Under the pieces are notes generated by a model that made no database searches, had not been told where the DNA came from, and saw nothing but the letters and a program-made list of their open reading frames with translations. This document shows, piece after piece, positions 36,752 to 47,268 of a DNA stretch of 64,000 nt (positions are counted from its first letter, which is position 1; each line of letters starts with the position of its first letter). The DNA is from a virus. Position numbers and translations under genes: made by a program. The stretch lies in IMG/VR virus record IMGVR_UViG_3300028844_006278; one strand, written 5' to 3'.

Positions 36752-37735
36752 TTACGCAGTAACGTCATTCCAACCGTTGGTGGTAGCCGTGATGAACTCG
36801 GCGCGACAGACCGCACCGCTGTTCTTGATGGTAGCTCCGACCATCTCGTAGCAGAACATCTCGAACAGGAAGTTCTCATGCTTGGTCGAGCAAGTAACGT
36901 CCTCGAACGTGTAGAAATCACCCAAGAACTTCGGCGCTGCGAAGTAGTAGATGACGTCGTTAGGAACGAGGTCGGTCTTGATCGTGATGATATGGGGAAC
37001 GCCCATGATCTTACGCTCGGTGAAACCATTGCGAAACATCTCTTCAGCAAGGTCGCCGCCGATCTCGGTACGGTCCAGGGCAACAATGTCATGGATAGTG
37101 ACGTTGTTGACAAGGGCAGTAGCCGCGGTCAGGTGACGGGTCGTGCTTGGGAGACCCTTCATGGCAAGAGCCAAAGAATCACGGGACATAGCGCCCACAG
37201 TGATGTTACCCATGGCACCGACTTCGGTGACGCGAGGACTGGCAGCTGCGCTCTGCTCGTCCAACGTACCGACTACAGTGTTTACTGCGGCCATGTACTT
37301 ACGGTCTTCCTCTGCGAGGATGTCCTTAAGCATAAGGTCGTTAAACACCTGACGGATGTCGAGGTCATAGGTCATGAGGTTAGCCACATCGGCGATGAAG
37401 CGAGCCGACATGATGCGGTCAAACATCACACGGTAGCGCGGAGCATCGATGTAGTGGTTCATCGGGACGTTGCCAAACGGCACCGAAATGGCGGGAGGTG
37501 TGTCCGGCTCAGTATCCTTGACAATAACCGGCTTGACGGTATCGACCTGACGGTCGAGATCGGCGGGGGTAACCGGGATTGGGGGCTGGATGCGTCGAGC
37601 AAAACCATCTTCGCGAGCTTTGAGGCGAAGGTAGTCGTCCACACCATTCTGAGCGGTCTTCTGCACGTAGGGATCCGAGGAACCCAGGGATTCGATGACC
37701 GTCTGATTACGGGTACTGGTCTCTGTATTCAACAT
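36752..37735 (-). CDS. Major capsid protein (HK97 fold presumed)
   Basis: 327 aa after protease, scaffold and decoration genes; strong codon bias; downstream terminator; REDGFARRIQPP, ILAEEDRKYM. Confidence 0.85.
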   Translation of the reverse strand: MLNTETSTRNQTVIESLGSSDPYVQKTAQNGVDDYLRLKAREDGFARRIQPPIPVTPADLDRQVDTVKPVIVKDTEPDTPPAISVPFGNVPMNHYIDAPRYRVMFDRIMSARFIADVANLMTYDLDIRQVFNDLMLKDILAEEDRKYMAAVNTVVGTLDEQSAAASPRVTEVGAMGNITVGAMSRDSLALAMKGLPSTTRHLTAATALVNNVTIHDIVALDRTEIGGDLAEEMFRNGFTERKIMGVPHIITIKTDLVPNDVIYYFAAPKFLGDFYTFEDVTCSTKHENFLFEMFCYEMVGATIKNSGAVCRAEFITATTNGWNDVTA

Positions 37736-37753
37736 AATGTCTATTCTCCTATG

Positions 37754-38398
37754 TTACGGGGTGACTGCTCGTGCGGGCAGGTACACCGGCCAGAACTGGA
37801 GAACGTCTTGCCCGTACGTTTCCGTACGCGCACCAGTGGAGACTACTCCAACGATGTTCTCTTCCAAGGCAAGCTCGCCGCCTGCCTGAATAGTACCGAC
37901 ATCGAGCCAGCCTTCGGGGTAACTGTCCGTGGGCTCGCCGCCGACGGTAGTGTATCCGATGAGCGGATCGTTCTCGTTGTAGGTCGAACCAGTGTTGAAC
38001 TCAGTGGTAACGAGTTCGAAGCCACCGGTAGCAACGAGGGTGCCGACCTTCTTAGTAAGCACAGTGCTGTTATCGCTGGCCAAGGTCTGGCCTGCGATGT
38101 TACCTGCGTCTACGCGAAACAGAGAATTAGCCCCTGCGCCCCAGGCACCACCGCCTGTAACGTCGAGGTCATAACTCGCATTGATAGCGAACAACGCCAT
38201 AGCGTGTCCACCGAGGGTGCCGGCCAGATCTTCGAAGGGGATCAATTCCCCGTCAGCATCCAGCCCCAGCAGAGAACCACGGTTCCAATTCGCCGCCGAA
38301 TCGCCATTACCTTGGAACTGCAGGTCGTGCATTCCATTGTAGCCGGAGATCGGGGTGAGGAGGTGATCGTAGTTCTGTCCAGGAGTGATATGAGCCAT
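37754..38398 (-). CDS. Putative capsid decoration/cement protein
   Basis: Start refined to ATG 38398 with GGAGG SD; Gly-rich beta protein directly before the MCP. Confidence 0.65.
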   Translation of the reverse strand: MAHITPGQNYDHLLTPISGYNGMHDLQFQGNGDSAANWNRGSLLGLDADGELIPFEDLAGTLGGHAMALFAINASYDLDVTGGGAWGAGANSLFRVDAGNIAGQTLASDNSTVLTKKVGTLVATGGFELVTTEFNTGSTYNENDPLIGYTTVGGEPTDSYPEGWLDVGTIQAGGELALEENIVGVVSTGARTETYGQDVLQFWPVYLPARAVTP

Positions 38399-38445
38399 CC
38401 TGAATTCCTCCAAATTTGAGGGTTAGTGTTTTTCCCGGCTGGGTA

Positions 38446-38931
38446 TTAGCCTGCCGAGAGGTTGTCAAAACACTGCTCGAATGCCCGATCTGACTCCCGC
38501 GCTTGCGCAGAGGCAGATGCCTGACCTGTCGGTACAGCGTGTCCCAATTTCGGCATCTCCGCGCCCGCACTATCCGAGCTGATGCGCTGATCCGCGAGCT
38601 TATCCAAAAAGGTAAGCAACGAATTGGCGGCATCGTCCTGAATAGCCTGCAAGGCCTGCTGGCGACTGCCTTCTTTGAGAAATCCTGCTTGGATAACCTT
38701 GTCGACGGTGCTTTCTATAGCGCCGTCCTCGAGGCTAGCCTGTTTGTCCTGTCCGTCTTCCGAGCACATACTGCACTTGTCGTAATCCTTGCCGCAGGCG
38801 CACTTGCCTTCAACGCTGGCGAGCTTCTCCTGGAGGCCGTGGATTTCGGCGGACTGGTCTTTGATAATGCTTTGCGTATCCGAGACATACGTGGCGATGT
38901 CGGCGGCCGCTTCTTTAGTGAGTGAGATCAT
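38446..38931 (-). CDS. Head assembly (scaffold-associated) protein
   Basis: Start refined to ATG 38931 (GGAGAGG SD); coiled coil; KEAA, KLAS, KQAS, KLAD motifs. Confidence 0.7.
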   Translation of the reverse strand: MISLTKEAAADIATYVSDTQSIIKDQSAEIHGLQEKLASVEGKCACGKDYDKCSMCSEDGQDKQASLEDGAIESTVDKVIQAGFLKEGSRQQALQAIQDDAANSLLTFLDKLADQRISSDSAGAEMPKLGHAVPTGQASASAQARESDRAFEQCFDNLSAG

Positions 38932-38961
38932 ACTGGTGTCCTCTCCGTTCTGGGGGATATT

Positions 38962-38977
38962 TAGCATACGTATGCTA
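38962..38977. promoter_or_regulatory. Perfect palindrome TAGCATACGTATGCTA
   Basis: Intergenic; identical to 20640-20655. Confidence 0.75.
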
Positions 38978-38984
38978 TGTCCCG

Positions 38985-39908
38985 CTATTCCGCGATGGGA
39001 GCTGCTGCTTCGTCGCCGGACTCTTCCAAGACTTCGGACATGACCTCTGCCAGCTCGTCGGGAGAAATCCCGGCTTCCTGCAGAGCCTGTACGTCTTCTA
39101 CGGCCTGGGCGAGTTCGTCGGCAGTTACACCGGCTTCGTCGAGGGCATCAGCAAGTGCATCGATGGTCGCATCGCCGCCTTCTTCCTCGACAGCAGCACC
39201 GTCTTCCATTTCAGCCGCGGCTGCGGGAAGTGCGGCCTCTTCGGGGAGGATAGCTTCGGGGAATTCCATAGCGACCTTGTCGAGGATGCCGGAGATGCCG
39301 CCGGCCTTTTCGATAAGGGCGGGGTCGATCTTGTTCTCAGCACAGGCTGCTTGGAGGTCCTGCTGGTCCTTGGCGCGCTTATGCATGCCGTAGAGATAGC
39401 CTTCGTAGTACTCTTGAGCAGCTTCGGCAGCCTGGGCGGCCATCTTATCGAGAGCGGTCGGAGCTTTAACGCTTTCGACAGGAGCCTCGGCAGACTCTGA
39501 GGCCGCCTTGAAGAGGACTTCGAGAATAGCGTTACCGAGGTTCTCGGCACGAGCTACTTTCTGCTCGCTGTTGATCTCAGTCTTCTTGACGGGACCGATA
39601 TTGCCTTTCTGCTCGACGGGATCGTCGGTAGTAAGGGTCTGCGTGCCCTGGGTCTCTGCGAACGTATTGCCGGCACCTTCCTTATTGTCGGGAGCGGAGC
39701 TGACGGTGGAGCCGGAGTCATTAGCAGCTTGTGTCTGCTCGACGCCGAGATTGGTCTGCGATTCAGCAGGGTCCTTCTCCTTCATCTGCTCTTGGGGCGT
39801 GGCGTCCTTCGTGTCTTTGAAGGATGCTTCTTTCTGTGCTTGGGCCCGGACGGGCTCCAAAAACGTGTTGATCAAGGACAGGCTGTCCTGAATGCTGCGA
39901 TTACTCAT
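38985..39908 (-). CDS. Putative scaffolding protein
   Basis: Acidic, Ala/Glu-rich, between protease and capsid genes; several K-x-A motifs. Confidence 0.7.
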   Translation of the reverse strand: MSNRSIQDSLSLINTFLEPVRAQAQKEASFKDTKDATPQEQMKEKDPAESQTNLGVEQTQAANDSGSTVSSAPDNKEGAGNTFAETQGTQTLTTDDPVEQKGNIGPVKKTEINSEQKVARAENLGNAILEVLFKAASESAEAPVESVKAPTALDKMAAQAAEAAQEYYEGYLYGMHKRAKDQQDLQAACAENKIDPALIEKAGGISGILDKVAMEFPEAILPEEAALPAAAAEMEDGAAVEEEGGDATIDALADALDEAGVTADELAQAVEDVQALQEAGISPDELAEVMSEVLEESGDEAAAPIAE

Positions 39909-39924
39909 TTGATGAGTCTCCTAA

Positions 39925-42516
39925 TTAGGATTTGGCTTGGTTATGGACTACGACGCGGTGTGCGTACTTGTCTGCCCCGATGCCAGCCAGTAGTGAGATT
40001 TGATATTTCGCGTACTCATGCGACAAAACTCTTGACTCAGCACTCATTGTCGGCTCAACAAACATACTTGCCCGCTTGTGTTGCGGAGGACCGCCTTGGA
40101 TAACTACGAGGGTTATCCTACGACGAACCGGGTCATCTTCAATTGAGAAACTTGGTTTTATATCTTTAGCCAAGTCCTCCAACTCTCTCCAATAGGTAGG
40201 AGAAAGCGGAGTATAACTTGAATCCGATATAGCTCCGGACGCGGAGCACGCCGCATCGGGGGCTCCACATTCGGCTTCAGTAAAGGCGCCCCGCATAGCT
40301 GGGCACATATTATCGATGCCTGGGATCTGATCTTTGTCCTTCTTAGTGACTATCTGGGCAAAGGATTCCGGAGGCAGTAAAATCTTATGATTAGCAAGGC
40401 AGCCGAGTACATCTTCCAGGGGGAATTCCTTTAGACGCTTAATGATATCCTCGGGAAGTTCTTCGTCCGGGAAGGCTAAGGATAGATCTGACTCTTCTGG
40501 GGTGAGTCCTTCTGCTAAGATCTTCTTTTCGATCTCTGCGAGCTTAGACAGAGCATGGGCGTTATTCTTCTCGGATTCTGAGCCGACCTTGCTGATAAGG
40601 GATAGCGGAAGATACATGTTAGTAGCGTCATCTGCCGTGGGGTCTATCCCGCCGTTGCTGGCTACCTTGGCTAGTGCGAACGCTATCCTATCGGCCGGGA
40701 CACGGACTTTAGATATGTCGTGGAAATGGGGCTTATCATTGATCGCATAGACCTGGTGACCTTCTTTAGTGATCCCCAGCTTATTATACTTGAGGTGCTC
40801 GCAGTAGTTAGCGCGTGTCTTTGCCTCGTTGCCACATACCGAGCAGATATCGAAAGGAACGCCGCAGTTGTGGGTAGATATGCCGTTCGCCAAGTAGCTG
40901 TGGTGTTCCGATTCGACCTCTAAGTTAAAGACGTCTGTGCTTCTAACAGTCACGTCAATGCTAGATACTGGGACCAGCATATGATCTCCGACTATTCTCC
41001 TAGTGCGTCTAGTTTTGGCTGTTCCTTTAATCTCAGGAATCTTGGAGCTTAGGCCGTGTAGAGCCTCTGTAAGCACCCTGCTGCACCACAGCTGATATTC
41101 GTATGTGAAACCATCCTCTGTGTTAGCTGACGCGCTTGTGACGTGCTTGATATTGTTTATCGATACAGGATGTCCAAGCATAGGGAATAAAATCTGAAGC
41201 TGGATCGCCAGCTCTCTGCTGGAAGTGCTGAAGTAGGCATTGCCTCTAACGGAGTCAACATCTGATGAGGTATAGTACCCGCCGTCTCCCTCATGATATC
41301 CTCCAAGCAGTTCCCACAAAGCTCCGTCTACCCACTGGAATACGGAAGGATGGATGTACTTATTTTTTGCCCCTGATCCAAATAGCATTAGTAGTGTTTT
41401 AGCCAGGTCTGCATCGAACAAGTTGATTGAGAAGGCTTGGTCGCAGTCTCTTCTTTTTGACTCTACTGGAGGGTTTCTAGTCCCTATCTCCCGGCATATG
41501 TCGTTTATGCGCTCTCTTAGTGTGTCTGACGCATGACACGTAAAGCATATGCCTGAGGGGGTGCCGTCCTTATTGAACAGCACGTAGCCCTCAGCCAAGT
41601 AGTATCCGCAAAGCCGGGCAAAAGCTTCCGTTGCGTAAGCAGGATGAGCTACTGTTCTTGATAGGGGAGTCAGTAGGAGATCTCCCTCTAAGATTTCCGA
41701 CGCCTCTAGCCACTCAGCGCGGTCAATTACATCTCCATCCAAGATAAATCTGCCGCGCTTAAAGGCCTTTTCCCTACGTACCACCAAGAACGGGTGATTG
41801 GGGGTGCATTCTAGGGGAAGTCCTCCTGTGGGCTTTATGGTGTAGATCTCGATGTCATCATACGATAATGAGCGAATAGCATCTACTTTTGAGCTCTCAC
41901 CTGTGTGCAGTCGAACCTCGTCGCCTACGGCCACGTCTTGAATGGGAACTTGAGACATGTCGGACATTGTGACTAGTGTTCCGGATAGGAAGCAGCCCAT
42001 TGAAAATAAGACAGGAGTATCGGACGCCAGTTTATTCAGCGAGTCTGCCCATATATCGTTATCCAGCTTGACGACTAGTTCCCCTCTATGCATTGCCGGG
42101 TTATAGGCCTCTAGCTCTATACTTCCTAACGACTTAGCTCCTTTGCGGGAATTGTGGTGCTCCCTATACACTCCGCCGTATTTGCTGAACGTGCTGTGAT
42201 ACTGTGTAAGGCCGCCGTCGATCTTCTTCTGATATTCCCTGCCTGTGCGGTGATGCTCTGGGACGGTGATAGTCCCTTCCTTCTCGTTGAAGAAGTCCGC
42301 ATTGTTGTTAGGGCCGTAGAACTCTCCCGCACCTGTGGTAATGAGATGCACAAAGCTCTTACCCTTCTCCGGCTTGATGTCCATATGCATAACGTATTCC
42401 GACGCGGCGATCTTCGACATCTGCATCCTATCGACCCCTCGGCTGTGCACATCTATGAGATGGGCCGCCGGGTGGTCCTGGAACCAGCTTGTAGGGAGTA
42501 TGCTCTTAGGGATCAT
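39925..42516 (-). CDS. Prohead maturation protease (intein-containing)
   Basis: NNNADFF, YREHHN, LFSMG|intein|CGVPFDICSVCGN...CEHL, FHDISKV..PAD; canonical position before scaffold and MCP. Confidence 0.8.
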   Translation of the reverse strand: MIPKSILPTSWFQDHPAAHLIDVHSRGVDRMQMSKIAASEYVMHMDIKPEKGKSFVHLITTGAGEFYGPNNNADFFNEKEGTITVPEHHRTGREYQKKIDGGLTQYHSTFSKYGGVYREHHNSRKGAKSLGSIELEAYNPAMHRGELVVKLDNDIWADSLNKLASDTPVLFSMGCFLSGTLVTMSDMSQVPIQDVAVGDEVRLHTGESSKVDAIRSLSYDDIEIYTIKPTGGLPLECTPNHPFLVVRREKAFKRGRFILDGDVIDRAEWLEASEILEGDLLLTPLSRTVAHPAYATEAFARLCGYYLAEGYVLFNKDGTPSGICFTCHASDTLRERINDICREIGTRNPPVESKRRDCDQAFSINLFDADLAKTLLMLFGSGAKNKYIHPSVFQWVDGALWELLGGYHEGDGGYYTSSDVDSVRGNAYFSTSSRELAIQLQILFPMLGHPVSINNIKHVTSASANTEDGFTYEYQLWCSRVLTEALHGLSSKIPEIKGTAKTRRTRRIVGDHMLVPVSSIDVTVRSTDVFNLEVESEHHSYLANGISTHNCGVPFDICSVCGNEAKTRANYCEHLKYNKLGITKEGHQVYAINDKPHFHDISKVRVPADRIAFALAKVASNGGIDPTADDATNMYLPLSLISKVGSESEKNNAHALSKLAEIEKKILAEGLTPEESDLSLAFPDEELPEDIIKRLKEFPLEDVLGCLANHKILLPPESFAQIVTKKDKDQIPGIDNMCPAMRGAFTEAECGAPDAACSASGAISDSSYTPLSPTYWRELEDLAKDIKPSFSIEDDPVRRRITLVVIQGGPPQHKRASMFVEPTMSAESRVLSHEYAKYQISLLAGIGADKYAHRVVVHNQAKS
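40867..41994 (-). mobile_element. Intein with LAGLIDADG homing endonuclease (376 aa)
   Basis: CFLSGTLV start; LECTPNHPF block B; LCGYYLAEG and LLGGYHEGDG; VFNLEV...YLANGISTHN, +1 Cys. Confidence 0.95.
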
Positions 42517-42537
42517 ATAGAGAGGGCCTCTTGTATC

Positions 42538-44031
42538 CTAGATGATATTAGGGGGAGCGCCTGTATTATTAGCAGGGGCGGGGGCAGGCATTTTAGCTGG
42601 GGCTTTCTTGTCCGACGAGGTTAGCACATCTGCTGCTAATGATGCACTTGATTTTATCGCCCTACCGGCCGAGTCGGCAATATTCCTGACGCCTAGCGAG
42701 CCCTGTAGAGCAGTGGGTCTCTCTGGACGCTGCGCTTCTAGGCGTTCTTTCTGTGCTAATTCGTCTGACGCTTGATCTCTCTGTTGGTCGCGAAGACCTT
42801 TTGAGATATCGGCCTCGGTCTTCAGCTCGAAGGGATCCTTAAGGCCGGAGGACTGGATATTCTTGATCATAAGGCTGCTGAGGATCTCAGGCTTATTGTA
42901 CGCCTCCGGGACCGTGCTTACTGCTGCGTTGTACGCCTTGAGAAGCTCCCCGTGTCCGTACGCCTTAAGCTCTGGGTGATACAAGGACAGCAGGATGAAT
43001 GTCCTCTTGGCCTCCTGGCCCTTCATCTCGTTGAACTGGTCCGCGTCCAGCAGCTCTTCTTCAACAGTCTTTACATGCTTCCGGGCCGACATAGCGTCCA
43101 CGATCTTATCAGAAGACACTCCCGCGCCTGCGAGGAAGTTAGCCAGCGCATTAGCTGCGAAGTTAGATCCGAATTCTCCGCTGGCTGCCTCTTTATCAAC
43201 AAAGAGGGCCATCTCGGTCTCAGCCTTTGCCATGTTCTCGGCCGCGGTATACAGACGGTTGATGGTTACGTAAGGCTCTTGAGTCGGGAAGCATACGCAG
43301 TTAGCGGTCTTAGTCATCTCTGGGAAGTCTACTCGAGCCTTGTATTCGATGATGTCCAGCAGCCCTTTACCTGTAGTCGGGTACCCGTTAACAATATACT
43401 GAGCTACCTTGCGCAGTCCTCGCGGAGTTAGAGGAGCCAGGTGCTCGCACACCTCGTCAAGGGCTCGCTCGAAGGCCATTTTATGGAACTGGATCTTCAT
43501 GCGCAGTTCCTCCTTCAGCTTACTAGTAACGGCCGTCTTCTCCAGACAGGCCTGCTTTAGAAGTCGGTCGCAGGTACTTACCTCTTCTGCTGTGAGTTCC
43601 TTCTTGCTGGACGGCGCAGTCTGTAGGTGGTCGGAGGCCGTCTTGGCAAACATGTCTAGTGCAGCGGCTTCGTCCGCCTGCCGCAGCGCCTTGTGGGACT
43701 CTTCGAATAGAGCGTCCTTGGAAAAAGAAGGTAGGGCGAACACGGCTGCCGTCTTCTCGGTAGGCGTATAGATGGATCGTAAGATCTCTTGCGTATTGGC
43801 TAGTTCGAACGGATTGGCGCGCTCGTCCTGGGACGCCGCCTTAAACACGTGTACCGACTTCGATTTATTAAAGGCCTCCGCCATTCGGCTGATCTTCTCA
43901 GGGCCGTACTTCTTATCTGCGGCTACCTTAGCTATAGCGTCATTGGGGGACAGTCCACTATGAGTGAGTCCTATGGACTGCTCGATCGCACTAACTAATT
44001 CGTTCTCTTCCCTAGGCGAGAGCATTTTCAT
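42538..44031 (-). CDS. Putative head-internal/core protein, K-x-A rich
   Basis: Start refined to ATG 44031 (GGAG SD); about ten K-x-A motifs in the N-terminal 60%. Confidence 0.7.
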   Translation of the reverse strand: MKMLSPREENELVSAIEQSIGLTHSGLSPNDAIAKVAADKKYGPEKISRMAEAFNKSKSVHVFKAASQDERANPFELANTQEILRSIYTPTEKTAAVFALPSFSKDALFEESHKALRQADEAAALDMFAKTASDHLQTAPSSKKELTAEEVSTCDRLLKQACLEKTAVTSKLKEELRMKIQFHKMAFERALDEVCEHLAPLTPRGLRKVAQYIVNGYPTTGKGLLDIIEYKARVDFPEMTKTANCVCFPTQEPYVTINRLYTAAENMAKAETEMALFVDKEAASGEFGSNFAANALANFLAGAGVSSDKIVDAMSARKHVKTVEEELLDADQFNEMKGQEAKRTFILLSLYHPELKAYGHGELLKAYNAAVSTVPEAYNKPEILSSLMIKNIQSSGLKDPFELKTEADISKGLRDQQRDQASDELAQKERLEAQRPERPTALQGSLGVRNIADSAGRAIKSSASLAADVLTSSDKKAPAKMPAPAPANNTGAPPNII

Positions 44032-44089
44032 GTAACGTATTCTCCAAATGTGGAACATATGTACCTAATAATAGGAACATACACCTTCT

Positions 44090-45010
44090 TTATTTATCTA
44101 AAACTCGTTTCGAGAGTTCTGCATTAGGCTTAAAATGGGGAGAGATCCCCGGCTCGTAAAATGTTCTCGCCTCTTTTACCAGGGCGGGGATGCTCGGATC
44201 CATCAAGGCCTGCTCGAGAGACTCCAACACGCTGCGACCAGTCTCTTCTGTGAGAGATCCGGTGCCGGCGATGTTTTTAGCCATAGCGGAGTTCTGCATG
44301 CTCCAGTGCCTGTCCGCATGGTCGAGGACCGCTAACGCGTCCTGCCGATACATGTTTCGCAGACTGGACGTGAGGTTGAACTCTCCGTAAGATCGTCGGA
44401 AGGAACTTACGTCCCGGAACCAAGTCTTTATCGGATCCGGCAGCATCCCGCCGGCTCGGAACGCAACAAACTCGCGGAACGCATCGAAGCCTTGGGTATA
44501 CGCAATAATCTTCCACGTAAAGTCGCAATCGGTGGCGGCATGTGTTTTAGCCAGAGACTGCGCTAGTATGCTGCATAGGACATTAGCCTTGCGTTCCCGG
44601 TAGTGGTCAATATCGAAGTACACTTTGCGGTACATCTCGATCGTCTCGGCTCCGTGTAGCGGGCAGAACTCGTTAGCGATCTCTTTGTTCGTAGCGTCTG
44701 TCATCAGCATCGCCTCTACGAGCCACCGATACCCTCCTTGATTGCCTGCGTGGAGGTGGATCATAAATGCCTCGTGCATTGCCGGATACTTGGCAATGTA
44801 CTCTGGATTGCGCTCTACGATCTCTTGTCGGCTGCCGTAGAACTCACATGCGGTCACCAAGTGCGTGTCCAGAGCTCGTCTGGCCTCTCGTATCTCCTTC
44901 TCGGCAGTGACTAGGGAGCTGTCGACAAAGCACCGCATGGCAATAGTCCACCGCCAGTTCGGTGCTCGGAGATACGAGGGGATCTGGGCTTGGTGCCGAA
45001 CCAGATGCAT
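44090..45010 (-). CDS. Hypothetical protein
   Basis: 306 aa, coupled to the upstream stop (TAATG). Confidence 0.75.
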   Translation of the reverse strand: MHLVRHQAQIPSYLRAPNWRWTIAMRCFVDSSLVTAEKEIREARRALDTHLVTACEFYGSRQEIVERNPEYIAKYPAMHEAFMIHLHAGNQGGYRWLVEAMLMTDATNKEIANEFCPLHGAETIEMYRKVYFDIDHYRERKANVLCSILAQSLAKTHAATDCDFTWKIIAYTQGFDAFREFVAFRAGGMLPDPIKTWFRDVSSFRRSYGEFNLTSSLRNMYRQDALAVLDHADRHWSMQNSAMAKNIAGTGSLTEETGRSVLESLEQALMDPSIPALVKEARTFYEPGISPHFKPNAELSKRVLDK

Positions 45011-47214
45011 TATACCGCAATGTCCTCTGAGAGGGAGCCGAAGATGTCTTCCGAGAATGTGGGATTGTATGACGTCTTCTCGCGGAGGAAGAGGATAAGA
45101 TCTCCTGTCTTCTTAAAGACATTAAGGAGTGTGTCCTCTAGCTTAGTGAGGTCATCCTTACCGTAACGGGCCTCGAACTCATCGTTATGCCAGTAGAACA
45201 GGAACAGCATGCGACCCACCTTATCCATGCCTACGACCATGTCGGAGATATAATCCTTACGGATCTCCGAGATATCGGCCTTATCGATAAGGCCCTGCAG
45301 GACGCGGACATCGAACACTTCCTTGATCCCCTGCTCGGCAGCCTGCGTGGCCTGTCCGATTACCGTCTCCGGTAGAATAGGGGAATTGTCGGATGCCGAC
45401 GGGGCGGTAAGTGCCTTTCCTTGTCTGGAATCTGTCTCTTCGGTTACTGCTTCTTCCTGAGAAGTAGCAGGACCTCCCATCCACGGCGGCTCGGCATACC
45501 CGTACGCAGCTGTATCGTAGGGTGCGGCGTGTTTGATGAGGTATCCTTTGCAGGAGTTCGGAGCTGAGTGAGCCTCCTTCAGCATCTGCAGGGCCTGGCC
45601 GCCTCCGATTCCGTGCCTCCAGATGAGGTGTTTTATAGCAGCCTCTTTAGAGATTAGCCCTGTGGAGCTCTCTCCGAACAGTACCTGAGCGTTAGAGCCG
45701 GAGCTATGGATACGCAGGTGACGGAGATTGGCCTGCTTGTGGATTACCTGGTGCAGGACCGTCGAGGAGTTCCCTAGAGACACATCACGAGGAGTGTGCT
45801 GCTTGGGATATGCCGGCGTGCGTCCGTCGAACAGCGACCGGCGAGTAAAGATCCGAGTGCCTTCCGGAACAAACAGACGGCCGGTCTCTAGGCGGAGCTG
45901 GGCGTCCGGGCCGACGAACTCTACGCGGACTACACTCGGGCAGGAATCCCCTGCGAATGCTTGGTGACCGTCGGTATATCCCGTACTGTTGCTAACTGTG
46001 ACGGAGAATGATCCGTCGGGATTGCCTTCACGGTTGACGATACGAGTCAGGATAGAGTTCTGAGGGCTCTGGACAAATAGAAGCCCGGTGTCTCGCGCCA
46101 GCCCGGCCAGAATAGTTCGGGAGGCCTTCTTGCCGCCTTGGATGCCTGCCATCTCTTCGGACGTTACCCCGGTGGCCGGTTTACAGTACACGTCGGACGA
46201 GCACTTACTGGTATAGCTCTTCGGGTTGTCTATATCGACAAGACATATCTGCCGATTAGAGGAAGGAGCGAACCTGCGCGAGGTAATGGAGGCCTCGGAG
46301 GTGTGATTAGGCAGAAAGATGATGAATGTCTTAAACGATCCGTCCGACAGTAGGACATCGTACAGGCCCGGGGACGTAGGGTTCTGCAGGACAGAACTGT
46401 CTACCTCCTCTTGGAAGATCTTAGACAGGTTAGTTCTATTGTCCTTCACATAGATACCGTTACGGACTAGCAGCTCCTTCTCCCGATCGGCAAGATCCTT
46501 CGCCTCCTTGGAAGTCATATCGGAGATTACGACAACGTCGTCCTTCTCGGGCTTATCCGGAGTCGAGGCGCAGAAAGCAGCGTGCTTGGCCATTACTTCG
46601 ACCTGACCTGTGTCGTAGAAGGAGAACAGAGAGTTGCTGAAGTCGGTGCTGTTGAGGAAGGTCTCCAAGAAGGAGTGAGACGCCGACTTACCTAGCTTAG
46701 GGATATCCCGGGCCAGGTCTACTGGAGAGAAGTTGGTAGCATCGAGCGCGGCCATCTTTACGGTCATGCGACGCCAAGTGTCCTGATCGATAATAGAGTT
46801 GGCGTCGAAGGATGCTTCCTTGCCTAACGTGACCATGCCCTCATCCAGTATCTGGGTATTCTCCGGAGAGGCCTTATCTATATTCTGGTCGCTAGCTTCC
46901 TCTGCTTGGCCTATCGCTTTCGTGCCCTGCTCTTTTATAGAAGAGATCCAGTTATCGAGAGCCGGCACGAAGATGTCCTTCTGCTTGACGTATATTAGGT
47001 CTAGCCCTTTGATGTCTCCCTTAATGAAAAACACCGGGATGTATAGCCAGAGATTATTGACTACAAACGCGGCAATGCCTACCGCCTTCGTGTCGTCCTC
47101 TGTCTTGTCGATTACCTGGAATCCCACGCGGTGCTCGACTAATGACGGCAGCTTCTCGCTGATCTGGGAATCGGCTAGCTGTCCAAACTTCTGCTCAAAA
47201 CTGACGTCGGCCAT
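45010..47214 (-). CDS. Putative head-internal/core protein, K-x-A rich
   Basis: 734 aa; KEAS, KMAA, KSAS, KHAA (twice), KQAN, KEAA. Confidence 0.7.
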   Translation of the reverse strand: MADVSFEQKFGQLADSQISEKLPSLVEHRVGFQVIDKTEDDTKAVGIAAFVVNNLWLYIPVFFIKGDIKGLDLIYVKQKDIFVPALDNWISSIKEQGTKAIGQAEEASDQNIDKASPENTQILDEGMVTLGKEASFDANSIIDQDTWRRMTVKMAALDATNFSPVDLARDIPKLGKSASHSFLETFLNSTDFSNSLFSFYDTGQVEVMAKHAAFCASTPDKPEKDDVVVISDMTSKEAKDLADREKELLVRNGIYVKDNRTNLSKIFQEEVDSSVLQNPTSPGLYDVLLSDGSFKTFIIFLPNHTSEASITSRRFAPSSNRQICLVDIDNPKSYTSKCSSDVYCKPATGVTSEEMAGIQGGKKASRTILAGLARDTGLLFVQSPQNSILTRIVNREGNPDGSFSVTVSNSTGYTDGHQAFAGDSCPSVVRVEFVGPDAQLRLETGRLFVPEGTRIFTRRSLFDGRTPAYPKQHTPRDVSLGNSSTVLHQVIHKQANLRHLRIHSSGSNAQVLFGESSTGLISKEAAIKHLIWRHGIGGGQALQMLKEAHSAPNSCKGYLIKHAAPYDTAAYGYAEPPWMGGPATSQEEAVTEETDSRQGKALTAPSASDNSPILPETVIGQATQAAEQGIKEVFDVRVLQGLIDKADISEIRKDYISDMVVGMDKVGRMLFLFYWHNDEFEARYGKDDLTKLEDTLLNVFKKTGDLILFLREKTSYNPTFSEDIFGSLSEDIAV

Positions 47215-47268
47215 AATAAGTATCCTCTACACTCCTAACTTCGTGAACTAATAAAACTGAATCTGTGT

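Noticed and set aside
36746-38419. 557-aa plus-strand ORF and the many other plus-strand ORFs in the track
   Set aside because: Antisense shadows of strongly codon-biased minus-strand genes; no recognisable motifs.
44051-44067. Possible extra palindrome copy TGGAACATATGTACCTA
   Set aside because: Core and spacing do not fit the 16-bp consensus.
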